A stretch of DNA of 61,981 bases from Actinobacteria bacterium Ga0077541 (GCA_001464995.1 LNEQ01000271.1:1-61981); one strand, 5' to 3'. Counted from the first letter of the stretch, positions 8,377-18,283 are shown. Notes: a model not told the origin generated them from the sequence alone. Translations and numbers: made by a program.

Positions 8377-10602
8377 GTGCCGCACGCCGCCCCCGACCCG
8401 CCGGTCCGCTCCGGCCCGCTCTCACGCCTGGCCCACCTCTGCGCAGCGCACGGCTGGCGCACGATCGGCGCCTGGCTCGCAGCGGTCGTCGCCGTGATCG
8501 TCCTCAGCCAGAGCTTCGGCGGTCCTCTGGTCGACGAGTTCTCGTTGCCCGGCTCCGACTCCCAGCGGGCGGCCGACCTCCTCGACACGCGCTTCCCGGC
8601 CCGCTCGGGTGACTCCGCCCAGATGGTCTTCGCGGCCGAGTCGGGGCGGCTCGACCGCGGTGAGCAGCGCGACGCCGTACGCGAGGCCGTCACGGCCGCC
8701 GGGCGCATCCCCGGCGTCACGGCCGTCTCCGATCCCCTGGCACCCGACACGGGCGGCCTCAGTGAGGACGGCCGCATCGCCTACTCCGACGTCCAGTTCG
8801 CCGCGAAGGCGGTCGACGTGGACGCCGCAGCCGTCGAGGACCTGATCGAGACGACGCGCGCGATCGGGGGCGACGCCGGCGTGCAGGTGGAGTTCGGCGG
8901 ACCCGTGGTCGCGAACGCCGACCCGCCGTCCACGGGGCTCAGCGAGGTGATCGGCCTGCTGGTGGCCGTGGTGATCCTGCTGGTCATGCTGGGAAGCGCG
9001 GTGGCCATGAGCCTGCCGATCGCCCTCGCGATCGCGTCCGTCGGCATCGGCACCGCGCTGATCACCCTCGGCGCCGGCTTCTGGACCTTCGGCGAGATCA
9101 CCCCGACCCTCGCCACGATGATCGGACTCGGCGTCGGCATCGACTACTCGCTGTTCATCGTCACGCGCTTCCGCCAGGCGCTGCACGACGGCCAGTCGCC
9201 GGTCGACGCGGCGACGACCGCGGCCGCGACCGCGGGGCGGGCCGTCATCTTCGCCGGCGTGACCGTGGCGATCTCGATCGCGTCGCTCGCTCTGCTCGGC
9301 ATCGACTTCATCACGAAGATGGGCCTGGGCGCCGCGGTCACCGTGCTGGTGGCGGTGGTGGCCGCCGTCACGCTGCTGCCCGCCATCCTCTCCCTGCTCG
9401 GCCACCGCATCGACCGCGGGCGCCTGCCCTTCATGCCCCACCGCGACGATTCGGAGGCCGCGCGGCAGGGCTCGCGCACGGCGCGCTTCGGCCGCTGGGT
9501 GACCGCCCGGCCGTGGGCCACCGGGGGCGTGGCGGTCGCCGTCCTGATCGTCCTGGCGCTGCCGGTGCTCACGGTGCAGCTCGGCTCCAGCGATGCCGGC
9601 TCGAACCCCGCGGGCACCACCACGCGCGAGGCCTACGACCTCCTCGCCGAGGGCTTCGGCCCCGGGTTCAACGGACCGCTGATCGTGGCGGTCGACCAGA
9701 CCGGCGACCCCGGCACCGCCGCGCGGGTGTCCCAGGCGATCGAGGACAGCGCCGGCGTCGCATCGGTCGCCGACCCGGTGCTCAACGCCGCCGGTGACAC
9801 CGCCGTCGTGACCGTGTTCCCCACGACCTCCCCGCAGTCGGTCGAGACCGCCGACCTCGTGCACCGGCTGCGCGACGACGTGCTTCCCGGTGCCGTCGGC
9901 GACGGGCAGGCCCGGGCCTTCGTGGGCGGCCAGACCGCCGCCTTCGAGGACATCGCCGCGATCCTCGCCGGGCGCCAGATGGTCTTCCTCGCCGTGGTGA
10001 TCGGCACGATGGCCTTCCGCTCGGTGGTCGTCGCCGCCAAGGCCGCCCTCACGACAGCCCTGTCGGCCCTCGCCGCCTTCGGTGTCCTGGTGGCCGTGTT
10101 CCAGCACGGCTGGGGCGCCGGCCTGCTCGGCGTGGACAGCACCGGCCCCATCGAGTCGTTCCTGCCCGTGATCATGTTCGCGATCCTCTTCGGGCTCTCG
10201 ACCGACTACGAGGTCTTCATCATGAGCCGCATCCGGGAGGAGCACGTGGCCGGGCACTCGGCCGCGGACTCGATCGACCGGGGCATCGCGGCCATCGGCC
10301 GGGTCGTGGTGGCCTGCGCCCTGATCATGTGCGCCGTCTTCTTCAGCTTCATGCTGGGCGATGAGCGCACGATCAAGGAGTTCGGCCTCGGCCTCGGGGC
10401 GGCGATCGCGATCGACGCCTTCGTGGTGCGGCTGGTGATCGTGCCCGCCGTGATGGCCATCCTCGGCGATCGCGCCTGGTACATGCCGGCCTGGCTCGAG
10501 CGGATCACACCGCGCATCACGATCGAGGCGCCGACCGAGCCGGCCGCCGCCGGCCGCGTCCCGGTCGCGCGTCCCGGGGAGCCGGTTGCCGAGACCGACT
10601 GA
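8377..10602 (+). CDS. MMPL (RND superfamily) transporter
   Basis: GLGVGIDYSLF, AGRAVIFAG, GFGPGFNGP, ILFGLSTDYEVF; two TM repeats. Confidence 0.92.
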   Translation: MPHAAPDPPVRSGPLSRLAHLCAAHGWRTIGAWLAAVVAVIVLSQSFGGPLVDEFSLPGSDSQRAADLLDTRFPARSGDSAQMVFAAESGRLDRGEQRDAVREAVTAAGRIPGVTAVSDPLAPDTGGLSEDGRIAYSDVQFAAKAVDVDAAAVEDLIETTRAIGGDAGVQVEFGGPVVANADPPSTGLSEVIGLLVAVVILLVMLGSAVAMSLPIALAIASVGIGTALITLGAGFWTFGEITPTLATMIGLGVGIDYSLFIVTRFRQALHDGQSPVDAATTAAATAGRAVIFAGVTVAISIASLALLGIDFITKMGLGAAVTVLVAVVAAVTLLPAILSLLGHRIDRGRLPFMPHRDDSEAARQGSRTARFGRWVTARPWATGGVAVAVLIVLALPVLTVQLGSSDAGSNPAGTTTREAYDLLAEGFGPGFNGPLIVAVDQTGDPGTAARVSQAIEDSAGVASVADPVLNAAGDTAVVTVFPTTSPQSVETADLVHRLRDDVLPGAVGDGQARAFVGGQTAAFEDIAAILAGRQMVFLAVVIGTMAFRSVVVAAKAALTTALSALAAFGVLVAVFQHGWGAGLLGVDSTGPIESFLPVIMFAILFGLSTDYEVFIMSRIREEHVAGHSAADSIDRGIAAIGRVVVACALIMCAVFFSFMLGDERTIKEFGLGLGAAIAIDAFVVRLVIVPAVMAILGDRAWYMPAWLERITPRITIEAPTEPAAAGRVPVARPGEPVAETD

Positions 10603-11212
10603 GCCCGGCGGCCGCCGCCGCGACGTCCTGCGCAACGAGGCGCGGATCGTCGCGGCGGCGACGCGCCTCCTGGCCGACGACCCCGAGGCGACGATGCAGG
10701 ATCTCGCCGACGCCGCGGGGCTCGGGCGCGCCACCGTCTACCGCCACTTCCCCACCCGGGAGGCCCTGATCGAGGCGATCGCGCGGACGGCGATGGACGA
10801 GATCGGGGCCGCGCTGGCCGGAGAGCGCCTGGAGGAGGGCGACCCGGTCGCCGCCCTCGCACGCGCCGTCGAGGCGATCCTCGTCGTCGGAGACCGCTAC
10901 CGCGTGATCTCCCACGGCCCGCCGACGGGCAAGAGCGCCGAGATGCACGCGCGGGCCGCCGACGCCTTCGGCCCGGTCGAGGCGCTGATCCGGCGCGCGC
11001 AGCGCGAGGGCGCGCTCGCCGCGGGCCCTCCGCCCGAGTGGGTCGTCGCCGTCGCGGGCGCCCTGATCGCGACGGCGTTCCGCCAGGTGGCCGTCGGAAC
11101 CGTCGACCGCGCCGACGCGCCGGGGCTCGTGGTGCGGACGCTCCTGCGCGGTTTCGCCGCGGACTCCGGCGCGGCGCGTGAGTCTTCGGCGCCCCCTCAG
11201 AGTCTCCAGTAG
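10586..11212 (+). CDS. TetR/AcrR family regulator
   Basis: RRDVLRNEARI, TMQDLADAAGLGRATVYRHFPTREAL HTH. Confidence 0.88.
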   Translation: MPRPTEPGGRRRDVLRNEARIVAAATRLLADDPEATMQDLADAAGLGRATVYRHFPTREALIEAIARTAMDEIGAALAGERLEEGDPVAALARAVEAILVVGDRYRVISHGPPTGKSAEMHARAADAFGPVEALIRRAQREGALAAGPPPEWVVAVAGALIATAFRQVAVGTVDRADAPGLVVRTLLRGFAADSGAARESSAPPQSLQ

Positions 11213-12207
11213 TGGCCGATGTGCGACGCCGCGCGCGAGGTGGCGAAGTCGGGCGAGACCGAGGCGGCGGCCCGGTCGCCCGCCAGCGCCACCATCGTCT
11301 CGGCCACCGACGCGGCGAGCGCATCGAGCGCGTAGCCGCCTTCGAGCACCGCCCCCACCGGCGCCCCGACCCGCTCGCCCAGGGCGCGGACGTGGCGCGC
11401 CATCTCGCCGAAGTCGGCCGTGTCGAGCAGGCAGCCGCCGAGGGGGTCGTCGCGGTGGGCGTCGTACCCGGCCGAGATCAGGATCAGATCGGGCGCGTAC
11501 TCCACGCCGGCGGGCACCACGATCCACTCGAGCAGCGACAGCCAGGTCTCGGCGCCCGATCCCCCCGGCACCGGCAGGTTGATCGAGAAGCCCGTGCCGT
11601 CGCCCGAGCCCACGTCCAGCAGGGGGCCCGTCCCGGGGAAGATCCCGGACTGGTGGATGCTGGCGTAGAGCACGGCCGGGTCGGTTCGGAAGATGTCGTT
11701 GGTGCCGTTGCCGTGGTGCACGTCCCAGTCGATCACCATCACCCGCCGGGCGCCGAGCGCGTCGAGGGCGTGCCGTGCGGCCACGGCGACGCTGTTCACC
11801 AGGCAGAACCCCGAGGTCGTGTCCCGGTTGGCATGGTGCCCGGGCGGGCGGGCGGCGCTGAAGGCGACGTCCGCCTCATGTCCGAGGAGCGCCTCGGCCA
11901 TCGCGCAGGCGCCGCCCGCCGCGTGGCGCGCCGCCGCCCAGGAGCCCGCGCTCACCGGCGTCTCCGGGTCGAGGGCTCCGCCGCCGGCCTCGCTCAGGCC
12001 CCGCAGCTGGTCGAGGTGCCGCTCGCTGTGCACCGCCGCCAGCTGCCCGGGCGTCGCCGCCGGCGCGGCGCGCCGCGCCCATCCGAGACCCCCACGACGG
12101 GCGAGCTCCGCCTCGACGGCCACGATCCGCTCGACCCGCTCCGGGTGGCCGGGGCCGGTGTCGTGGTCGAGGCTCGACGGGTGCGAGAACCAGAGTGGCG
12201 CGCTCAT
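11197..12207 (-). CDS. Zn-dependent histone-deacetylase-family (AcuC/HDAH-like) deacetylase
   Basis: HPE, RPPGHHA, GFC, DWDVHHGNGT, SAGYDAH, LEGGY; start ATG 12207 overlaps the upstream stop. Confidence 0.92.
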   Translation of the reverse strand: MSAPLWFSHPSSLDHDTGPGHPERVERIVAVEAELARRGGLGWARRAAPAATPGQLAAVHSERHLDQLRGLSEAGGGALDPETPVSAGSWAAARHAAGGACAMAEALLGHEADVAFSAARPPGHHANRDTTSGFCLVNSVAVAARHALDALGARRVMVIDWDVHHGNGTNDIFRTDPAVLYASIHQSGIFPGTGPLLDVGSGDGTGFSINLPVPGGSGAETWLSLLEWIVVPAGVEYAPDLILISAGYDAHRDDPLGGCLLDTADFGEMARHVRALGERVGAPVGAVLEGGYALDALAASVAETMVALAGDRAAASVSPDFATSRAASHIGHYWRL

Positions 12208-14930
12208 GACGGCTCGCCGGTCCACTCCACCGGCGGCACGGCGGCGAGCGACGGCCAGGGCACGGCCTCCGGCGCGGCGGCGACGCGCACGCGCGCGTCG
12301 AGGATGACGATCCGCTCGGGCGAGACCGACACCGGGTTGCAGTCGAGCTCCACGATCTGCGGGTGCGCGTGGACCATCGCCGCGACGCGCAGGACGAGCC
12401 GCTCCAGGGCCTCGATGTCGCAGGCGCGCGCCCCCCGGTAGCCCTCGAGCAGGGGCAGCATCCGCAGCTCGCGGATCATCGTGCGTGCGCCGAGGTCGGT
12501 GAGCGGGGTGAGGCGCACCGAGACGTCGCGGTGGATCTCCGCCGCCGTGCCCCCGAGGCCGCAGACCACGACCGGCCCGAACTGCGGATCGGCGCTCGAT
12601 CCGATCAGCATCTCGATACCACCCGAGATCATCGGCTGCACCACGAACCCCTCCACACGGTGCCCGAGGTCGGCGAGCCTGCGCTCCATCTCGGCGGCGG
12701 CGGCGGTCACGGCCTCCGCGCCGGCGAGCCCCAGTCGCACGGCGCCGAGGTCGGTGCGGTGGACGATCCCCTGCGCCACCGCCTTCAGCGCCACCGGCCC
12801 GCCGAGGGCGGCGGCGGCCTCGCCCGCCCCGGCGGCGTCGCCCACCTCGCGCGAGGGCACCAGCGGAAGCCCGTAGCAGTCGAAGAGCGCCGCCACGTCG
12901 GCGGGCGCCAGCCACCCCGGCCCGGCGACCGCCGCCCCGGTGAGCAGCGTCGCCGCCTGGCCCGGCCGGGTGTCGGGGAGTTCGGGGACGCGGCCCGGAG
13001 GCAGCCGCCGCCAGGCGGCGTAACGGCCCACGCGGCCCAGCGCCATGGCGGCCTCCTCGGGGTACTCGTAGACCGGCGGGGCCCCCCGCGCGGCCGAGGC
13101 GCGCGCCTCCTCGCGGTCGGCGGCCGACATCAGCACGGAGAGGATCGGCATGCGCCGCCCGAGCGCGGCGGCCACGCGCCGCACCTCGGCGGCGACCGCG
13201 GCGCCCACGCTGCCCAGCCCGGGCTGGATGTAGATCGCGATCACCGCGTCCACGGCGTCGTGGCCGGCCAGCTCCTCCAGGGCGCGGCCGAACTGCGACG
13301 CGGTGGCGGCGGCGAGCAGGTCGACCGGGTTGCGTACCGACGCCTCCGGCACGGCGATCCGCCGCAGTCGTTCCTGGACGGCCTCCGGCAGCTCCACCAC
13401 GCGCAGCCCGTGCTCCTCGCAGGCGTCGGCGCAGAGGATGCCGGGCCCGCCCGCGTTGGTCAGGATCGCGACCCGGTCGCCGCCGGGGAGCGGCTGGCTC
13501 GAGAGCAGGGCGGTCACGTCGAAGAGCTCGCTCATCGTCGCCGCCCGGATGACGCCCGCCTGCCGGAAGAGCGCGTCGACCGCGGCGTCGGACGCCGACA
13601 CGATGGCGCCGGTGTGCGATCCCGCGGCGCGGGCGCCCGCGCCGCCGCGGGCGCTCTTGACCGCCACGATCGGCGTCGTGCGCGACAGCCGGCGGGCGAC
13701 CCGGGCGAAGGTGCGCGGGTTGCCGAACGACTCCAGGTAGAGCAGGACGACGTCGGTGGCCGGGTCCCCCTCCCAGTAGCGCAGCAGGTCGTTGCCCGAG
13801 ACGTCCGCCTTGTTGCCCACCGAGACGAACGACGAGATGCCGACGCCGAGCTGCCGCGACCGCTCGAGCAGCGCGATGCCGAGGCCACCGCTCTGGGAGA
13901 GCATCCCGACGTTGCCGGCGGGCGGCATGTCGCTGGCGAAGGTCGCGTTCATCGTCGTCCCGGGGGCGGTGTTGATCACGCCGAGGCAGTTCGGCCCCAC
14001 CAGGCGCATGCCGGTGGCCCGGCAGATGCCGACCAGCTCGCGCTGGGCCGCGGCGCCCTCGCCTCCCACCTCGGCGAATCCCGCCGTCAGGACGAGCAGG
14101 GCGCGCACGCCCCGCGCGCCGCAGGCGCGCGCGACCTCCAGCACGCCGGCCTTCGGCACGGCGATCACCGCGAGCTCGACGGCCTCGGGGAGGTCGGCGA
14201 CCGTGGGCACGGCGGGCAGCCCCTGCACCTCGGTGGCCGAGCGGTTGACCAGGTGCAGGCGTCCCGCGTAGCCGCCCTCCCGCAGGTGGTGGAGCACCTC
14301 GCCCCCCACCGTGCCGCGCGACCGCGAGGCCCCCACGACGGCGATCGACGCCGGGGCCAGCACGCTCTGCACGACCGCCGAGGCCGCCACCCGCTGGCGC
14401 GCCTCGAAGGCCGCCATCGCCGGGGGCGACAGCGACGCGGGGAACCGGACGAAGTGCGTGCCTCCCTCGCTGCGCAGCAGCACCGGGAACCCGCTCGCGC
14501 GGAACATGTCGATCATGCGGCGGTTGCCCGACATGACCTCGGCGTCGAGCAGCTCGACGCCCGCCGCGTGGGCGTGCTCGGCCAGGTGGGCCAGCAGCAG
14601 CGTTCCCAGGCCGCGCCCCTGGAAGGCGTCGGCGACGGTGAAGGCGACCTCGGCCACGGTCCCGCCCGGATCCCTGAGGTACTGGGCGTGGCCGATGACC
14701 CGCTCGGGCACGCCCGTGAGGGCCACCAGTCCGTGATCCTCGGGCCCGCCCCCCGTGGCCATCGCCCGCGCCGCGCCCTCCAGATCGACCGTCCCGAAGA
14801 AGCGGAACCGCTGGGCGTCGGGGGACAGGCTCCGCAGGAACGCGGTCAGCCCGGGCAGGTCGTCGTCGCGCACCGGCCGCACCCGGACCGTCGATCCGTC
14901 ACGCAGCTCGACGTCCACCACCGACATCAC
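12204..14930 (-). CDS. GNAT + NDP-forming acyl-CoA synthetase fusion (PatA-type protein lysine acetyltransferase)
   Basis: N-terminal GNAT (AEVAFTVADAFQGRGLG), CoA-binding (VVGAS, GPNCLG, SQSGG, SHTG), C-terminal ATP-grasp (ELDCNP, LDAR). Confidence 0.9.
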   Translation of the reverse strand: MMSVVDVELRDGSTVRVRPVRDDDLPGLTAFLRSLSPDAQRFRFFGTVDLEGAARAMATGGGPEDHGLVALTGVPERVIGHAQYLRDPGGTVAEVAFTVADAFQGRGLGTLLLAHLAEHAHAAGVELLDAEVMSGNRRMIDMFRASGFPVLLRSEGGTHFVRFPASLSPPAMAAFEARQRVAASAVVQSVLAPASIAVVGASRSRGTVGGEVLHHLREGGYAGRLHLVNRSATEVQGLPAVPTVADLPEAVELAVIAVPKAGVLEVARACGARGVRALLVLTAGFAEVGGEGAAAQRELVGICRATGMRLVGPNCLGVINTAPGTTMNATFASDMPPAGNVGMLSQSGGLGIALLERSRQLGVGISSFVSVGNKADVSGNDLLRYWEGDPATDVVLLYLESFGNPRTFARVARRLSRTTPIVAVKSARGGAGARAAGSHTGAIVSASDAAVDALFRQAGVIRAATMSELFDVTALLSSQPLPGGDRVAILTNAGGPGILCADACEEHGLRVVELPEAVQERLRRIAVPEASVRNPVDLLAAATASQFGRALEELAGHDAVDAVIAIYIQPGLGSVGAAVAAEVRRVAAALGRRMPILSVLMSAADREEARASAARGAPPVYEYPEEAAMALGRVGRYAAWRRLPPGRVPELPDTRPGQAATLLTGAAVAGPGWLAPADVAALFDCYGLPLVPSREVGDAAGAGEAAAALGGPVALKAVAQGIVHRTDLGAVRLGLAGAEAVTAAAAEMERRLADLGHRVEGFVVQPMISGGIEMLIGSSADPQFGPVVVCGLGGTAAEIHRDVSVRLTPLTDLGARTMIRELRMLPLLEGYRGARACDIEALERLVLRVAAMVHAHPQIVELDCNPVSVSPERIVILDARVRVAAAPEAVPWPSLAAVPPVEWTGEPS

Positions 14931-14985
14931 GACCCCCTGGCCACCGGACCGGGCGCCCCCACGTTAGTGGACGCGCGCGGGCCGC

Positions 14986-15408
14986 TCAGGGCCGGTAGGG
15001 CAGGATCGACTTCTCGCTGAGGAAGTCGCCCCGGAAGCAGAGCTCGTAGGTCAGGGCGCGGCCGGAGCGGGCGGCGTAGAGCCAGCACTCCGACCCGGCC
15101 GGGTCACCCGCGCGCTCCCGCGTGCGGAGCGGCGGACCCAGTAGGCCGCTCACCTGGGCGCGCGAGCGCCCGGTCGGCACGAGCACCCACGACGCCCGGT
15201 CGGTCGTGCCGGGGGGCGCCGGGGGTGGGGCCTCGTCGGAGCCTCCGAAGGACGACAGGAGGGCGATGCCGATGATCACGACGAGGACGACCATCGCGGC
15301 CGCGGCCGCGAGCCAGGGTGCGCGCCGCGGGACCTCGGCGGTGCGTCCGGCGATGAACGGCGTGGCCTTCCGGCGCGGGCGTGGCGGCGGGCCCGGGCGC
15401 CGCGTCAT
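14986..15408 (-). CDS. Hypothetical single-TM protein with small SmpA/BamE-like extracytoplasmic domain
   Basis: TM helix then GRSRAQVSGLLGPP...CWLY...YELCF; GGAG-type RBS region upstream. Confidence 0.55.
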   Translation of the reverse strand: MTRRPGPPPRPRRKATPFIAGRTAEVPRRAPWLAAAAAMVVLVVIIGIALLSSFGGSDEAPPPAPPGTTDRASWVLVPTGRSRAQVSGLLGPPLRTRERAGDPAGSECWLYAARSGRALTYELCFRGDFLSEKSILPYRP

Positions 15409-15561
15409 CGCGCGGCCGCCCGCGCGTGGCGGCCGGCCGCCGTCCCGGGAGGTACGTCCATGCCCCTTCCGTCCCCCGGGCACGCCCGCCGTAAACGCCC
15501 ACCCCGCCGCGCCCGTCCCCGCCGGGTGGCGCCCGGCCCGGGCACCGGGTATGCATGGTGC

Positions 15562-16041
15562 ATGGCCGTTGTCCCGCCCGCCCGGCACCTGCTGCGCGCC
15601 CGCGATCTCGCCGACGCGCGTTACGCGGAGCCGCTCGGGGTGGACGACATGGCGCGCGCGGCAGGCCTCTCGCGGGGCCACTTCAGCCGCGAGTTCCGCC
15701 GGGCCTTCGGGGAGTCGCCGCACGCCTACCTGCTGACGCGCCGGCTCGAGCGGGCGGCGGCGATGCTGCGCACCACCGACCGGTCGGTCACCGGGATCTG
15801 CCTGGCCGTGGGCCTGCAGAGCCTCGGCTCGTTCACGACCAGCTTCACGCGCACCTACGGGATGTCCCCGCGGGCCTATCGCGCCGCCTTCCCGCCCGCC
15901 GCGCTGCAGGCCCGCGTGCCGGCCTGCATCGTCCGCGCCTACGGCCGCCCGCGACACCGGACTTTTCGAGAAGAACCGCCGCCCCTCCCGGGCCTAGCAT
16001 CGGCGGCGTCCGCTCACTCGCACGGGGAGGCACCCGCATGA
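15562..16041 (+). CDS. Small AraC-family transcriptional regulator
   Basis: LLRARDLAD, HFSREFRRAFGESPHAYL, RRLERA, SLGSFTTSF. Confidence 0.88.
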   Translation: MAVVPPARHLLRARDLADARYAEPLGVDDMARAAGLSRGHFSREFRRAFGESPHAYLLTRRLERAAAMLRTTDRSVTGICLAVGLQSLGSFTTSFTRTYGMSPRAYRAAFPPAALQARVPACIVRAYGRPRHRTFREEPPPLPGLASAASAHSHGEAPA

Positions 16042-16457
16042 TCCGCATCGCCACGGCGCAGCTCTGGGTCCACGACCAGGACGAGGCGCTCGCCTTCTAC
16101 ACGCAGAAGGTCGGCATGGAGGTGCGCTCCGACGTCACGCTCCCGGAGCTGGGCGGCTTCCGCTGGCTGACCGTCGCGCCCCCCGGGCAGGAGGACGTCA
16201 CGATCGTGCTGATGCCGGTGCCCGGCCCTCCGATGATGGACGAGGAGACGGCCGGCCAGGTGCGCGCGCTGACCGCCAAGGGCTGCACGGGGACGATCTT
16301 CCTCGAGACCGACGACTGCCGCGCTTCCCATGAGGAGCTCGCGGCCCGCGGCGTCGAGTTCGTCGACCTGCCCGAGGAGCGCCCGTACGGCATCGACTCG
16401 TCGTTCCGCGACCCCTCGGGCAACCACATCCGGCTCACCCAGGTGACGATGTCCTGA
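16038..16457 (+). CDS. VOC/glyoxalase family protein
   Basis: VHDQDEALAFY, RWLTV, RPYGIDSSFRDPSGN; GGGGAGG RBS. Confidence 0.9.
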   Translation: MIRIATAQLWVHDQDEALAFYTQKVGMEVRSDVTLPELGGFRWLTVAPPGQEDVTIVLMPVPGPPMMDEETAGQVRALTAKGCTGTIFLETDDCRASHEELAARGVEFVDLPEERPYGIDSSFRDPSGNHIRLTQVTMS

Positions 16458-17205
16458 GTCCGGGGGGCGCCGCGGCCTCACCACCGCCGTCGTGGCGCCC
16501 CAGCCCGGTCACCAGAACACGGCACCCGGCCGTCACCGGGTCCTTCGGCTCGAACACCGCGAGCTCGGCGCCGGCGTCGATCCGCTCCAGCGCCCCGCGC
16601 ACGAGGCCCCGGTGCAGGGCGCAGATCAGGTGCCCGCCCTCGGCGAGCACGGCGTCCTTGAAGGGGCACGCCCGCAGGCGCAGGTCCATGGCGCCGGCGC
16701 GCCGCTCGCCCTCGCTGGTGACCTCCTCGGGCGCGAAGCCGAGGCCGGCGAACGAGGCGGCGAGCGCGCCCGCCTGCGGCTCCCCGGTCACCAGGTGGCG
16801 CCCCTGGTCCCAGCCGAAGGCCTCGATGTCCTCCTCGCCGGCGGGCATGCGGCGGACGAACTCCAGCAGCAGCCGCACCAGCTCGCGGTGTCCCACGGCC
16901 GCGACGGCGTGGGGCGCCGCGAGCGCGTAGGCGGTGCTGGGCCGGCCCCGCCGACCGGTCGGGGCCGACGGGGCGGCCACCACCACCCCCGCCCGCTGCA
17001 GCACGTCGAGGTGCTGGCGCACGGCGTTCGGGTGCAGCTCCACCCTCTGCGCCAGGGCGGCGACGGTCAGCCCCGCGCCGGCGCTCCCCAGCGCCTCGGC
17101 GATCCTCCGGCGGGAGGGGTGCGCGAGGGCCCCGGCCTCCTCGGGAGACAGCCCCGCCGCGAGCACCGGCTCCCTGGTCCCGCCGTTGCCACCGCGCTCG
17201 CTCAC
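16435..17205 (-). CDS. ArsR-like HTH regulator with C-terminal Cys-rich ligand domain
   Basis: LHPNAVRQHL, GRRGRP, ACPF, ICALHRG, GCRV; start uncertain (GTG 17205 or further upstream). Confidence 0.8.
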   Translation of the reverse strand: MSERGGNGGTREPVLAAGLSPEEAGALAHPSRRRIAEALGSAGAGLTVAALAQRVELHPNAVRQHLDVLQRAGVVVAAPSAPTGRRGRPSTAYALAAPHAVAAVGHRELVRLLLEFVRRMPAGEEDIEAFGWDQGRHLVTGEPQAGALAASFAGLGFAPEEVTSEGERRAGAMDLRLRACPFKDAVLAEGGHLICALHRGLVRGALERIDAGAELAVFEPKDPVTAGCRVLVTGLGRHDGGGEAAAPPGLRTSSPG

Positions 17206-17272
17206 AGCATCCCATCGGGGTTCCATTCCACTGTACAAGAGCAGAATTAATCCGGTGGGCGGCCGTGCCGGT

Positions 17273-18109
17273 CTAACCCGCGTGCTCCGGCTCGCTCGCG
17301 GCGACGGCCGGCGGTGGCCCGGGGGGCGGCGCGCGCAGCACGTGCAGCTGCAGCCGTCCAGGTCCGAAGAGGTTGAGCGACCACTGGACCGCGCGCGCCT
17401 CGCTGACCCGCATCGTCTCGGTCAGCTCCAGCGCGGCAGTCGGCACCTCCAGCCGGAGGGCCCGCCCCACCCGGTCGCGTGGCGCTATCAGCCGTGAGCC
17501 GATCTCGGTGCGGGCGAAGCCGACGGGGGTCCCGGTGCCGCGCAGCACGTCGAGCAGCATCTGCCCGCTGCGCAACAGAGCCCGGAGCTCGTGATCGGGC
17601 GGCAGCACCACATCGCCGGGCAGCACGTCCTGCATCCAGGCCGCGGGCACGCCGTCGATGGTCAGCACCCGCTCGACCACCACGAACGGGTCGCCGGGCT
17701 CGAGGCCGAGCGCCTGCACCGCCGCGGGGGGTGCGCCCGACCGGCTGATGCGGACGTCGCTGCAGCCGAGGGAGAGGTCGTCGCGCGAGGCGAGCATGCT
17801 GTAGCTCTCGAGCACCTCCAGGCCGGCGGTGAAGCTCGGCTCGGAGGCGTCCCCCGCCGGGTCGGCGATGAACGTCCCGCTGCCCCGCCTTCGGCGGATG
17901 ACGCCCGTGCTCTCGAGCCGCGCGAGAGCCGCCCGGAGCGTCCCCCGCGACACTCCGAGCATCCCGGCCAGATCGTGCTCGGGAGGCAGGCGATCCTCGG
18001 CCCGGAAGCGGCCTGGGGCCAGCCAGGTGATGAGCGCCCGCTCCGCCTCGTCCACCCGGGAGGGGCGGGCGGCGTCGCCGTTACCCGTCGTGGACGGTTG
18101 TTCCCGCAT
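17273..18109 (-). CDS. GntR family (HutC/UTRA) regulator, divergent from the catabolic operon
   Basis: RLPPEHDLAGMLGVSRGTLRAAL, RRGSGTF, UTRA-like C-terminus. Confidence 0.88.
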   Translation of the reverse strand: MREQPSTTGNGDAARPSRVDEAERALITWLAPGRFRAEDRLPPEHDLAGMLGVSRGTLRAALARLESTGVIRRRRGSGTFIADPAGDASEPSFTAGLEVLESYSMLASRDDLSLGCSDVRISRSGAPPAAVQALGLEPGDPFVVVERVLTIDGVPAAWMQDVLPGDVVLPPDHELRALLRSGQMLLDVLRGTGTPVGFARTEIGSRLIAPRDRVGRALRLEVPTAALELTETMRVSEARAVQWSLNLFGPGRLQLHVLRAPPPGPPPAVAASEPEHAG

Positions 18110-18149
18110 GGTCGTCAGAGGCTATCCATCGATGCCGCCCACAATGAGA

Positions 18150-18193
18150 GGACAAATGTGTTCCGTCTTATGGACAAAGGGACAGATTTGTAC
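18150..18193. promoter_or_regulatory. Two candidate GntR operators
   Basis: GGACAAATGTGTTC (18150-18163) and GGACAGATTTGTAC (18180-18193), both near-palindromic; third copy at 28526. Confidence 0.65.
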
Positions 18194-18283
18194 TCTGGCG
18201 CTCTGGCCGCGGGTCGGTAGTTCGTCCCGCGCCCCTCGCGACAGGCTCCCCGACAACACGGACCACGTCGTAGGGGAAGCCAC

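Noticed and set aside
18195-18283. Possible riboswitch in the tatA leader or the tatA-SBP gap
   Set aside because: No recognisable riboswitch consensus; control is explained by the GntR operators
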